Notes: generated from the letters alone by a model not told the origin. A stretch of DNA of 64,000 bases from a virus (IMGVR_UViG_3300028797_000159:1-64000), one strand, 5' to 3'. Positions 19,463 to 29,211 are shown, counted from the stretch's first letter. Translations and numbers: made by a program.

Positions 19463-19773
19463 AGCGGAGTAGCTCAGCGGTCAGAGCAGTGGTCTTAGAC
19501 AATATGAGTGCCCAATAAGAAATTATTGGAGTAGAACGTCCCTAATTCAAGAAAACCCTAAACAGATAACGCTGTAGGCAATCTTGAGCTAAAACATATA
19601 ATTTAATTATATGTAAATGTGCAGAGACTATATAGGACGGTGCTAAATTCTTTTTAAGAACATGCATAAGAAATAGTCCAGACTACAACAACTATTAATT
19701 ATTATAGTTGGCTATGGAAACATAGAGTAGTAAGATAAACCATTGGTCGTGAGTTCAATTCTCACCTTCGCTA
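19463..19773 (+). tRNA. tRNA-Ile(UAU) split by a group I intron (exons 19463-19496 and 19735-19773)
   Basis: Joined exons give agcggag/cttcgct acceptor, gtggt-ctTATaa-accat anticodon arm and gtgag-ttcaatt-ctcac T-arm. Confidence 0.8.
19497..19734 (+). ncRNA. group I self-splicing intron (238 nt, no ORF)
   Basis: P aattcaagaaaac, Q ggcaatcttgagc, R gtgcagagactata, S aagaaatagtcc; terminal G. Confidence 0.9.
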
Positions 19774-19892
19774 TTTATAAATTTTAGTGGGACAGATGGT
19801 TGCCGCCATTTGATGAGAATCTCCAACTCATCTAACCACTAAGTTTTCTGATACGGCAATATCAGTTTAATAAAGTTAAAACGGAGGTAACT

Positions 19893-20735
19893 ATGTGTTG
19901 CTTTAATAACGAAGAATACGTAAAGCATGATTATGTATGCGAATTCTGTAATAAGAAATTCTTTACATATAAACATGCATTTGCTTACCATGTTAATAGA
20001 TGCAGTTGTAATCCTGAAAGTTCACATTACATAAAAGAACACAGCGTAACCTGCATAAAATGCGGTAATCCGTTTATAGTTAAATGCACTGATTCTCAGT
20101 TTGAAAAGGGCGCTTATCGTAAATATTGCTCTACTAAATGCAGTCAATCCAGAGTACTTACTGAAGAACAAAGAGCTAAAATTTCTAATTCGTTATATAC
20201 TCATTATGGTACTTCTCCACATGAAGTAGCTTATTGTGTCTGTTGTGGAAAATCATTGTCTAATAATAATGAATCTGGTTACTGTATAAACTGTATTCGC
20301 ACACATAACAAAGAATTTAGAGAGCAATACCCATTGTCAGATGAGGTAAAATCAAAGTTGTCTGTAGCTGGCAGAAAAGGTGTGGTTAATCAAGCAGAGA
20401 TAAGACGTTCTAAAAATGAAATTGCTTTTTGCAATTTGTGTGAACAGTACTTTTCCAATGTAGAACATAATGCGCCAATCTTTAATGGGTGGGACGCTGA
20501 CGTTATTATACACGATATTAAATATGCAGTGCTATGGAATGGTAAATGGCATTATGAAAAGATCACCGCCAATCATTCTGTAGAACAAGTACAGAACAGA
20601 GATCGTATTAAAATAAATGAGATCATTAAATATGGTTATACACCATACATTATAAAAGATGTAGGCAAGCACAAAGAATCATTTGTTAGAGAAGAGTTTG
20701 ATAAATTTATCAAGCTAGTTTCTACAAAAGATTAG
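19893..20735 (+). CDS. free-standing endonuclease: Zn fingers plus Vsr/DUF559-like PD-(D/E)xK domain
   Basis: CEFC, CIKC..YCSTKC, CVCC..CINC; WDADVII...VLWNGKWHY. Confidence 0.65.
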   Translation: MCCFNNEEYVKHDYVCEFCNKKFFTYKHAFAYHVNRCSCNPESSHYIKEHSVTCIKCGNPFIVKCTDSQFEKGAYRKYCSTKCSQSRVLTEEQRAKISNSLYTHYGTSPHEVAYCVCCGKSLSNNNESGYCINCIRTHNKEFREQYPLSDEVKSKLSVAGRKGVVNQAEIRRSKNEIAFCNLCEQYFSNVEHNAPIFNGWDADVIIHDIKYAVLWNGKWHYEKITANHSVEQVQNRDRIKINEIIKYGYTPYIIKDVGKHKESFVREEFDKFIKLVSTKD

Positions 20736-20765
20736 CGCAACCTGGGATCAGGACTCCGCTATTTT

Positions 20766-20853
20766 GGAGAAATGCGATAATGGTTATTCGAGCGGATTGC
20801 TAATCCGTCATACAATTTAATTTGTATTGCAGGTTCGAGTCCTGCTTTCTCCG
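20766..20853 (+). tRNA. tRNA-Ser(GCU)
   Basis: ggagaaa/tttctcc; gcgga-ttGCTaa-tccgt; long variable arm. Confidence 0.9.
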
Positions 20854-20924
20854 ATTTATTATTCGTAGGGTATAATTATTATGATTATAACTTACATTTC
20901 CTACTTATATAATTTGGAGGATTT

Positions 20925-21182
20925 ATGGATTCAGCGAAATTTGAGCGTTCAGTTAGTGAAGTTTATCAGAATATTGATTATCTTATGGATTGTCTAGAGC
21001 ATTTGAGAAAGATGTTTAATATTGCATCTAACTGTTATTATGGTGACGATAATAAATTGCATCATACAACAGATTGTAATTTACAGGCATTAACAGATGT
21101 TGAGCAATTTGCAAAGAAAATAAGTTCACGTGCAGACATCCTACAGAATAAGATTTTTGAATATTCAAAATTAGCGAAATAA
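20925..21182 (+). CDS. hypothetical protein
   Basis: GGAGG RBS. Confidence 0.6.
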   Translation: MDSAKFERSVSEVYQNIDYLMDCLEHLRKMFNIASNCYYGDDNKLHHTTDCNLQALTDVEQFAKKISSRADILQNKIFEYSKLAK

Positions 21183-21228
21183 TTTAAAGCAGGGAATTTC
21201 CCTGCTTTATTTTTATAAAGAGAGTTTT

Positions 21229-21696
21229 GTGAGATTAGTTATTGTATTTTTTACTTTTTTATTTTTACAAGTCATATGTAATACTTCATTTGCCGATTCT
21301 AGATTAAACAAATGTCTTCCATATAAAGAACAAATAATATCTATTTTAGAAAGCGAAGGCGTTTCATCGAATTATTTTTATTTAGCTGTTTGTGAAAGCA
21401 GATGTCAGATTAAAGAATCGCATAAAGGTGCAAGAGGCTTCTTTCAATTAATGCCATTTACGTTTAAAAATTATATGGATGAAAGCTGCACTGATATAGA
21501 TGACATTAAATGTAATACAATTGCTGCAGCAAGATATATTAAACATCTTCAGAAGCGATTTAAAAAGATGTCTGTTTTAATAAAGGCATATAATCGTGGT
21601 GGTACAAATCTAATTAAGAAGGGCACTACAAAAGAAGCAGATGGTTTATCTCACTGTGTTATGAAATATATAAAGCATAAAGGATCACAATTATGA
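21229..21696 (+). CDS. lytic transglycosylase (SLT domain)
   Basis: AVCES (catalytic E), GARGFFQLMP, AYNRG; N-terminal signal/anchor. Confidence 0.85.
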   Translation: MRLVIVFFTFLFLQVICNTSFADSRLNKCLPYKEQIISILESEGVSSNYFYLAVCESRCQIKESHKGARGFFQLMPFTFKNYMDESCTDIDDIKCNTIAAARYIKHLQKRFKKMSVLIKAYNRGGTNLIKKGTTKEADGLSHCVMKYIKHKGSQL

Positions 21697-21956
21697 AAAG
21701 AAATTTATTATTTGAATATCAGATTAAAAAATCTGAACGTAAATTTGAGGGGCGTCCTAATTTAAAAGATATTCGTGATATAAGATTAGCAACCAGTAAT
21801 GCATATTATGATATACGTGAAATTATAGATAATCTTAAAAATGATCGATATACTGATATTGTTAAACGTGTATTTGGTGATGATAAGTTAAATGAATATC
21901 TTAATATCATTGATCAACTCGATGATATCGCACATAAGTTAAATGCATCTGTTTAA
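21693..21956 (+). CDS. hypothetical protein
   Basis: MKRNLLFEYQIKKSE leader similar to that of 24116. Confidence 0.6.
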   Translation: MKRNLLFEYQIKKSERKFEGRPNLKDIRDIRLATSNAYYDIREIIDNLKNDRYTDIVKRVFGDDKLNEYLNIIDQLDDIAHKLNASV

Positions 21957-21999
21957 TTATATTATTAATAAAATATCATAAACAATTAGGAATTTAATT

Positions 22000-22212
22000 A
22001 TGAAATATGTAATCACACTTTTTGCTATTATTTTAACAGGCTGTGTTTTTGTGGATAATGATTGTCATTATGAAACAAAGTGTCAGACCTGGTGTGATTA
22101 TTATTCATGTGATAATTACGGTTATTGCATTGATAAAGAATGCTGGGATGAGTGTTGGGATGAATATGTATGTGATGACTATTATGAATATAGCACAGAT
22201 AAGATGGAGTAA
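22000..22212 (+). CDS. small Cys-rich lipoprotein
   Basis: Lipobox-like ILTGC; multiple Cys. Confidence 0.55.
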   Translation: MKYVITLFAIILTGCVFVDNDCHYETKCQTWCDYYSCDNYGYCIDKECWDECWDEYVCDDYYEYSTDKME

Positions 22213-22214
22213 CT

Positions 22215-22469
22215 ATGAACAGTTGGATTTCTGTAAATGATAGGCTACCACCTGATTATGTATGGGTGTTAGTTTCAGTAGTTGATTGCACAAATCCATC
22301 ATTAAGATTCGTTCCTTCAATAGGAATTCATCATAATGGATGCTGGTCAACAAAAGAAAGCGATGAATATTTTAATAATAGTGACCGTGTGTATTCTAAG
22401 AATGACTATGAAGCTACATTCAGAGTAAAAGTTACTCATTGGATGCCATTACCAAGTGCTCCAAGGTAA
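22215..22469 (+). CDS. DUF551 family protein
   Basis: WISVNDRLPP...VTHWMPLPSAP. Confidence 0.85.
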   Translation: MNSWISVNDRLPPDYVWVLVSVVDCTNPSLRFVPSIGIHHNGCWSTKESDEYFNNSDRVYSKNDYEATFRVKVTHWMPLPSAPR

Positions 22470-22518
22470 ATTATATAAATATAATTTAAGCACATTCAAT
22501 TGAATGTGCTTTTCTTTT

Positions 22519-22636
22519 TGTATCGAATTTATTCACAAAATCCCTGATACAAAAATGATACAAAAATTTTATTTACAAACCAGAATACTTGCGGTATAAT
22601 ATACTCATAAATTGAATGGCAATGGTACCATTCAAT
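22519..22636 (+). promoter_or_regulatory. repeat cassette copy 10
   Basis: Two tandem tgatacaaaa; -35 22572; -10 22595; hairpin attgaatgg/ccattcaat. Confidence 0.9.
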
Positions 22637-22732
22637 ATAATAATATCTAACTAATATTATTATATAATATAATAAATAACTATCTATGAATTATAATTTA
22701 TAGATTCTTTTAATTTATGGAGAATAAACAAT

Positions 22733-23071
22733 ATGGATAAGAAATTAGAAGCAAGAATCGCACGTTTAGAAAGAATTATAAATCGTAAGAATGAACAGTA
22801 CGATGAAATGTCTAGCGATGACGCTTGGCAGGCATTTGATAATGAATCTTCAAAATTAGTAGATAATGCTAATGTTGCTATAGAAAAACTTAATGATGTA
22901 AAATCAGCACTTATTTCATTAGATAAAGTTACAGAGTGGGTTGATGCTGACTTATGGCACAATCCACCAGAGATCATGAAAGAAATGGCTGCACTTGTTA
23001 GTCAAATTGAAGATTTAACCGAAAGAATAATGCTTGGTGCTGATAGGCTTGGTTTATTTAGATTGCAATAA
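22733..23071 (+). CDS. hypothetical protein with LEARIARLER motif
   Basis: MDKKLEARIARLERII. Confidence 0.7.
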   Translation: MDKKLEARIARLERIINRKNEQYDEMSSDDAWQAFDNESSKLVDNANVAIEKLNDVKSALISLDKVTEWVDADLWHNPPEIMKEMAALVSQIEDLTERIMLGADRLGLFRLQ

Positions 23072-23092
23072 ATATATACTGTGGAGGTAATT

Positions 23093-23554
23093 ATGGATAA
23101 GAAATTAGAAGCAAGAGTTGCAAGATTAGAAAAATTATTTTTTAACAAATCGTCTAAAAATGAGGCCAGTTTTATTAGACGTATAGATCCGAGTAAATCA
23201 GTTAAATCCAATCAAGATGATTTTGTTAATGTAGACTCAATCACGTTATATGTTGATGGTGATGATGTTGATAGTATATGCACTACTGGTTATGGCACAC
23301 TTGAAGTATTAAAGCGACTTATGACTGAATTATCAGAGTATGCTAAATCAAATATAAAAGGTATTAAAAACTCAGAATGGGATGCTTGGCTTGAGTTTAA
23401 TGATATTAATGAAACTGTAGTTGGTAGATGCGATTTACCTACAATTTATACAGATTCTATGGGACGTATTGAGATTGAGCATATTCCTCGCAGAGGCTTA
23501 AGCAATGTTGATAAAATATGCTTAAATTGTTTTGATAAGTATTGCTTAGTATAA
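23093..23554 (+). CDS. hypothetical protein with LEARVARLEK motif
   Basis: MDKKLEARVARLEKLF; GGAGG RBS. Confidence 0.7.
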   Translation: MDKKLEARVARLEKLFFNKSSKNEASFIRRIDPSKSVKSNQDDFVNVDSITLYVDGDDVDSICTTGYGTLEVLKRLMTELSEYAKSNIKGIKNSEWDAWLEFNDINETVVGRCDLPTIYTDSMGRIEIEHIPRRGLSNVDKICLNCFDKYCLV

Positions 23555-23672
23555 TTTATTATAGTAAAGTAATAATAAGTTATATATATATTATATCTAA
23601 TATAATACTAAACCTTCCCCGCTTAGTCTTCGCGTATATGGGAAGGTATTTTTATATAAGGAGATTATAGTC

Positions 23673-24110
23673 ATGTTGAAATTTAAAAGTAAATTTCTTA
23701 CAATTTTAGTAAATGCATTATTAGCAATATGGATTTTGCCTCAGTGGATTACCGGAATCTTAGGCTGGCTTATATTTAGAAATGGCAAGCTATATTATAA
23801 TGAAGATGCAAAGATCCTTGTGTTAAATGTCAATAAAGGGCATTTATTCGGTAATGCTTGTTGCTCATCAGGTCCAATTATTTTTACAACGCCTGAGTGT
23901 AATGAAAATACAATTAAACATGAGACAGGTCATTCAGTTCAATCTTTAATGTTTGGATGGTTCTTTCATATAATAGTTAGCTTGCCCTCTGTAATATTAT
24001 TTTGGACTAAACGAATTTTAGGAAAAGACCAATCGTGGTATCACAGCAAGTATCCTGAGTCACACGCAGATAAACTTGGGCATGTTGATGTTTCTGTTTA
24101 TGGATTATAG
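23673..24110 (+). CDS. membrane protein with HExxH motif
   Basis: TM segments; KHETGHSVQS...E..AD. Confidence 0.6.
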   Translation: MLKFKSKFLTILVNALLAIWILPQWITGILGWLIFRNGKLYYNEDAKILVLNVNKGHLFGNACCSSGPIIFTTPECNENTIKHETGHSVQSLMFGWFFHIIVSLPSVILFWTKRILGKDQSWYHSKYPESHADKLGHVDVSVYGL

Positions 24111-24115
24111 TAAAT

Positions 24116-25054
24116 ATGAGAAATTTATTACTTGAATATAAAATTTTAAAATTAGAAAAGCTTATAAACGAAAGAGTTATAGAAGGTGATTTACCTAAAT
24201 ATTTTTATCATGGAACTTCTGCAAAATATGCAGATAACATATTAAAAACCGGTTTAGTACGTCGTAAGAATTCGAATCATGCTCTATCTAATCCAAATAA
24301 AGTTTATTTAACTACAGATATAAAATCTGCAAAATCATGGGCAAGAATGTCAAACGATAGTGATGATTATGTAGTTTTAAAAATTGACTCTAGTTATTTA
24401 AACCCAGATTTGTTAACTGGTGATACTAATGCTATAGATCCATTTGCCAATGATAATGAATTAAGTAGCGAATTTGATTATACTTTAGATGATAATGATA
24501 AGCGATTAATTAATGATCTTATTTTTGATGATGGTGAATCAGATATATTTACTGATTTTGAATATGCTGGCGATATTCCTGCAGACGCCATATCAGTTGA
24601 ATTTAAATCAGATCCCAATTTAATTAGTGATTTAAGAAAATATATAGATAAAAAATCTTATCGTAAGTTATTAAAAGTTTGGGATGACTATAAATGGTCA
24701 GATATTGATGGTGTTACTGTTGCTTATTCACTAGCATCTGATTTATCAGATTATAATGATATTAATAAAGTATTAAAAGCACCTGCAAAAATTCTTAATA
24801 CTTTAATAGATGTTGACGATGATGATACTGTATTAACATATACTATTAACTATAAAGATAATATAGTTGATGTATTAGAAGCAGTTTCAAAAGTTGATGG
24901 AATAGATGATAATAATATATCATTAATATGGAAAAAGTTACCTAAAAATAAACAGAGTCAATATATTGAGCAAATGTCAAAATTACCGAAACATATTTTA
25001 GAAATTGGTAAACCGTTTATAGTTAAAAAATATCATAAACAATTAGGTATATAA
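24116..25054 (+). CDS. ADP-ribosyltransferase-fold protein
   Basis: FYHGTS...ILKTGL, VYLTTD...AKSWA, VVLKID, FEY.GDIP. Confidence 0.65.
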   Translation: MRNLLLEYKILKLEKLINERVIEGDLPKYFYHGTSAKYADNILKTGLVRRKNSNHALSNPNKVYLTTDIKSAKSWARMSNDSDDYVVLKIDSSYLNPDLLTGDTNAIDPFANDNELSSEFDYTLDDNDKRLINDLIFDDGESDIFTDFEYAGDIPADAISVEFKSDPNLISDLRKYIDKKSYRKLLKVWDDYKWSDIDGVTVAYSLASDLSDYNDINKVLKAPAKILNTLIDVDDDDTVLTYTINYKDNIVDVLEAVSKVDGIDDNNISLIWKKLPKNKQSQYIEQMSKLPKHILEIGKPFIVKKYHKQLGI

Positions 25055-25131
25055 AGCAAATCCCACTGTATAGTTAAACACAGTGGGATTTTAATGTATA
25101 TATTTATTATAATATTATATTGGAGGATACT

Positions 25132-25899
25132 ATGGGTAATGCTACTGCTAATAAGAATGTATGGATTGAACAACCTTGTCCTTCACAGACAAAAAGAACG
25201 TATTATTATTCAGATGGAACAACACTAACAAAAGAAGGTGGTACTGTTGCGTGGAGGAATAATAATGAAGGTAACCTCCGCCCAGGATCCCTTTCGTCAA
25301 ATCGTATTGGTGTTGATAAAAAGAACTTTGCTGTATTCGCAACACCTGAGGATGGTCATGTCGCAAAGAAATATTTGTTATTCTCTTCAAGCAAATATAA
25401 AGACCTTACATTAAAACAAGCTATCGCAAAATATGCACCTGCTTCAGACAATAATAATCCTACTCAATATGCAAACTACATTATGACTTCAGGTAACATC
25501 GGAGAGAAAGTAATGTCTGCATATTCAGCTGATGAGCAAAATAAAATCATGTCCGCAATGAAAGTTCAGGAAGGATATAGAATAGGAACCGAAACATGGG
25601 GTACTCACGCAAATAGCAAACCTTCTAACAAACAGACTGCAGATAATAAATTCTCTGATATAGGATATAATCAATCTGCTGCAGTTGCATATAATAAAAA
25701 GCTTTCATATTCAACAAGTAAATGGAAAACTATTCAGGATAAATTAAACTCGTATATTACAAACGATGAAAAGTTGAATCCTGACGGTATTCCTGGAAAA
25801 TTAACTGCTGACGCAGTTTATCGCGTACAGGAATCACATAATATGGAAAAGAAGGATGGTAAATTAGGTCCTAAAACGTCAGAGCTTATAGGAATCTAA
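25132..25899 (+). CDS. lysozyme-like cell-wall hydrolase with C-terminal peptidoglycan-binding domain
   Basis: AWRNNNEGNL, FATPEDG, AIAKYAP..DNN.P..Y; DGIPGKLT...VQ...DGKLGPKT. Confidence 0.7.
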   Translation: MGNATANKNVWIEQPCPSQTKRTYYYSDGTTLTKEGGTVAWRNNNEGNLRPGSLSSNRIGVDKKNFAVFATPEDGHVAKKYLLFSSSKYKDLTLKQAIAKYAPASDNNNPTQYANYIMTSGNIGEKVMSAYSADEQNKIMSAMKVQEGYRIGTETWGTHANSKPSNKQTADNKFSDIGYNQSAAVAYNKKLSYSTSKWKTIQDKLNSYITNDEKLNPDGIPGKLTADAVYRVQESHNMEKKDGKLGPKTSELIGI

Positions 25900-25943
25900 T
25901 ATTTTATAATTATATAGCGATAAATTATATTGGGAGCTATTAT

Positions 25944-26252
25944 ATGAACAATACAGAAAACATTGAAATTTCAAAAACATTTTTAATTACTGGTATTATT
26001 TTATCAGTATTATTTGCACCTTTTGCACTTCAACGTGTATTAATTCCTGAACTTGGTAGATTAAAAGTAGTATTTATTATTGATGCTATTATTGCTACAT
26101 TTGCAGTTATTAATTTTATTGCTACAATGACATTTAGTTTAAGTTTAATGAAAGTATGCTCAATTATTGTAGCACTTTCAACAATTGCACTATGCATTGT
26201 AACTTTAATTGACATTGTTAAAATGTATAAGATGTCGCGCGTAAAAATTTAA
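25944..26252 (+). CDS. small membrane protein (3 TM)
   Basis: Hydrophobic, with a basic C-terminus. Confidence 0.55.
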   Translation: MNNTENIEISKTFLITGIILSVLFAPFALQRVLIPELGRLKVVFIIDAIIATFAVINFIATMTFSLSLMKVCSIIVALSTIALCIVTLIDIVKMYKMSRVKI

Positions 26253-26289
26253 ATAATAAAAGCATACCTCATGGTATGCTTTTTCATTT

Positions 26290-26518
26290 TGTATCTGATA
26301 TAATTCAGATACTATATTGATACAAATATGACCTGTAAATTTGGCACAATTTCTGCATTAGAAGATTCCATGCCAGATACAAAATTTTATTGTATCAGAT
26401 AATGTTTGATAATAAATCTAAAATCCCTGATACAGTTTGATGAATTTTTCCTGTTTACAAAGAGAACCGTTTGAGGTATAATATACTCATAAATTGAATG
26501 AGAATGGGCTCATTCAAT
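26290..26518 (+). promoter_or_regulatory. repeat cassette copy 11 with expanded upstream half-site array
   Basis: TGTATC 26290 and 26391; GATACA 26319 and 26376; -35 26454; -10 26477. Confidence 0.85.
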
Positions 26519-26536
26519 AATCCTATAGAGTAAGTT

Positions 26537-26773
26537 ATGCCTACAGAAGCTGAGTCTAATCTTTATAAACAGTCTGCAACCTATAAACATTTTGAAGTAA
26601 TGCATAATCTTCGTGCACTTGCCTCATGGACTGTAAATGAAAAAGCTTATAAGATAGTAACAAAAGCCATTCGTGATTTAGAGGCTCTTGATAATTGGGA
26701 CTTTGGTGAAGACAGCAATGGTAAAATTCATCGTGAGTTGCTTCCGCTGTCAAATCCAGATTGGAAGGAATAA
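26537..26773 (+). CDS. hypothetical protein
   Basis: Single gene between cassettes 11 and 12. Confidence 0.65.
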   Translation: MPTEAESNLYKQSATYKHFEVMHNLRALASWTVNEKAYKIVTKAIRDLEALDNWDFGEDSNGKIHRELLPLSNPDWKE

Positions 26774-26774
26774 A

Positions 26775-26898
26775 TTTGCACGTCGTATCGAATTGTATCG
26801 AAAATCCCTGGTACAATTTGATACGATTTTTTTGTTTACAAGCTAACAGTTTTGACGTATAATATACCCATAAATTGAATGAGAATGGACTCATTCAA
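26775..26898 (+). promoter_or_regulatory. repeat cassette copy 12
   Basis: -35 26835; -10 26858; canonical hairpin. Confidence 0.9.
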
Positions 26899-26922
26899 GC
26901 TTTCCATACAAGGAGAATGCTT

Positions 26923-28149
26923 ATGTCGACTCTCGATAGCAAACAGATTAATGTTAATGGTACAATCTTCTCGTTCGCACAGCTTACAAACAATCCTGAT
27001 AAATATATTCCTTTGTTTAGTTCAATATTTCGTACTAGCACAATGAATCAAAAAGCTGATGAATCTAAAAAGGAATATCTTAAACGTTTGTTCCGATTGG
27101 CATTTTATACAAAACATCTTGCTGTGACAGCTGATACTCAAGTCACTGCTGATAATGCTAACACTGACGAAAATACTACAGTACAGGTTAGCACAGCATC
27201 ACCATTGAAAACTCAAAACTGTGTACTCAATACATTGGGTATTGATGTTGTTAGTCGTGCAAAAGTAACATCAAAGATTATTTTTAAAAATTCAGGTAAT
27301 GATTACAAAATTACAAATGAATATCTTGACAAACTGATTGCTACAGTGAATGATAAATCCAAATATGAACACCCAGATGTTAAAATTAAATTTGGTGTTG
27401 AATTTGAATTTATTGGACTAGCTACTTCTAATGCTCGAGCAAATTTCAGAGATGCAATGTGTGAGCTTGTTGGTGTTGATAATTACAATGAATCTCTTAA
27501 TTACCATCATAATAGTGGTGGTAAATGGGACTTGGGAACAGATGGCTCACTGCATACTACAAGCAGAGGCTTCTGTGGATATGAATTGACAACACCAATT
27601 TTGAGCCTTGATAGTCAAGAAGACCTTAATACACTTAAACGTGTATTAGAGCTTATGTTTATTCACTTTGAAGCCCATCCTAATAAAACATGTGGTACTC
27701 ATGTTCATATGAGCTTTGATGTTCCTAAAGTTACTCGTACACTTATTAAACAGTTTGCCCAAGTATATAAAAATAGTGAATCTACATTGTTTGATAAATT
27801 AGTTCGTTCAGATCGTAGAGGTAGTAGCAATCGTTATTGCCGTTCAGTTAATGTTGATTATACTTCTGAACGATTTTGCAAACTTAACTTTCAAAATGCA
27901 GTAATTGATTCAAATAGTCTTCACCTTGAATTCCGTCAACTTCAGGGAACACTTGATTTTGATAAAGTAGTTGCCTGGGTTAAACTTCAGAAGATGTTTG
28001 TTGAATATACATTGAATGTTATTAAAAATAATGATAGTGTAGACTTCTCATCTTTTGAAGGTTTTGAATTTGAGAAAACTATTTGTGATGATAGTTTTAA
28101 TATTGCTGATATTGAAAGCTTCTTGGTAATGAGTAAGTCTGTTGCATAA
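26923..28149 (+). CDS. putative amidoligase (COOH-NH2 ligase, Amidoligase_2-like)
   Basis: FGVEFEF, GTDGSL, GYELTTPIL, NKTCGTHVH, LEFRQLQGT. Confidence 0.85.
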   Translation: MSTLDSKQINVNGTIFSFAQLTNNPDKYIPLFSSIFRTSTMNQKADESKKEYLKRLFRLAFYTKHLAVTADTQVTADNANTDENTTVQVSTASPLKTQNCVLNTLGIDVVSRAKVTSKIIFKNSGNDYKITNEYLDKLIATVNDKSKYEHPDVKIKFGVEFEFIGLATSNARANFRDAMCELVGVDNYNESLNYHHNSGGKWDLGTDGSLHTTSRGFCGYELTTPILSLDSQEDLNTLKRVLELMFIHFEAHPNKTCGTHVHMSFDVPKVTRTLIKQFAQVYKNSESTLFDKLVRSDRRGSSNRYCRSVNVDYTSERFCKLNFQNAVIDSNSLHLEFRQLQGTLDFDKVVAWVKLQKMFVEYTLNVIKNNDSVDFSSFEGFEFEKTICDDSFNIADIESFLVMSKSVA

Positions 28150-28227
28150 ATAAAGCTGGCATTAAGCCAGCTTTATATAAATTTACATGTCATAGTTATA
28201 TTAAATAGGTAATTAGGATTATTACTT

Positions 28228-29211
28228 ATGAGTATAGAACAGATAAATGAATTATTTTCTAAATATGATTTAACTAATTTTCAAAAATTTAAAAATTACT
28301 ATACATTTAATTCAAATAACAATAACTTGAAAATTTCAAGTCAATTATTTGAAAAAATGTTAAAAGCTGCTAATAATACAGATGATAAATTAGTTGTTAA
28401 TATTCCTAATCTTAAATTTGGAATAGAGTTTGAATTTGTAGGGTCACTTTTATTTGAAGATACACAAGCTTTTAACGAAGCAATGATAGATTTGCTTGGT
28501 GATAACTATATATTTGAATTTCGATACTTACATAATAATGGTGAGAAGTGGATTCTTGGTAAAGATGGATCGATAAAATATAATCAAGACACAGATATAC
28601 CATTATATGGTTATGAACTATCAACACCAACACTTATCTTAAATGATAAAACTATTGAAGTATTAACTAAAGTAATTAGTTATATTAAAACATATTTACA
28701 TGGTGAAGTAAATAGTTCATGTGGAACACATATTCATATTGGGTTTGACAGCAGTAAAATATATAGAGACCATATTGAAACATTACTAGCAATATATTCA
28801 ACAATGGAATCAACTGTATTTGACCCAATTGTTCCAACATCTCGTCGTAGAAATAAATATTGTAGAGCTACTAGTGTACTTATAAATAAAAAATATACTA
28901 AATTAAGTGCAAGATATTGTAGGTTTAATTATAATAGAGAGTGTCATACATTTCATGTTGAATGCAGACAACTTGAAGGAACACTTGATTTAGACACAAT
29001 TATAAATTGGTTAATACTACAATCTACAATAATTTATGATATAATTTCACATATAGATGATTGTCAGTATCTTTATAAACTACGTTATAATAATGCATTT
29101 GACATACTATTTAAATATAAATTTAATAATAGTTTAATTGCATTTTTTATTAAACGTATTATTGACTTTAAATCAAAGACAATACAAACATGTAGTCCAC
29201 CAGCACTTTAA
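28228..29211 (+). CDS. putative amidoligase, second copy
   Basis: FGIEFEF, GKDGSI, YELSTPTL, NSSCGTHIH, VECRQLEGT. Confidence 0.85.
   Translation: MSIEQINELFSKYDLTNFQKFKNYYTFNSNNNNLKISSQLFEKMLKAANNTDDKLVVNIPNLKFGIEFEFVGSLLFEDTQAFNEAMIDLLGDNYIFEFRYLHNNGEKWILGKDGSIKYNQDTDIPLYGYELSTPTLILNDKTIEVLTKVISYIKTYLHGEVNSSCGTHIHIGFDSSKIYRDHIETLLAIYSTMESTVFDPIVPTSRRRNKYCRATSVLINKKYTKLSARYCRFNYNRECHTFHVECRQLEGTLDLDTIINWLILQSTIIYDIISHIDDCQYLYKLRYNNAFDILFKYKFNNSLIAFFIKRIIDFKSKTIQTCSPPAL

Noticed and set aside
26875-26922. N-terminal extensions such as MNENG, MGMDP, MRMDS and MSPFS in the ORF track (also 1457, 7014, 10069, 37797, 53220, 53983)
   Set aside because: These ATGs lie inside the cassette hairpin; real RBS-preceded starts are downstream.
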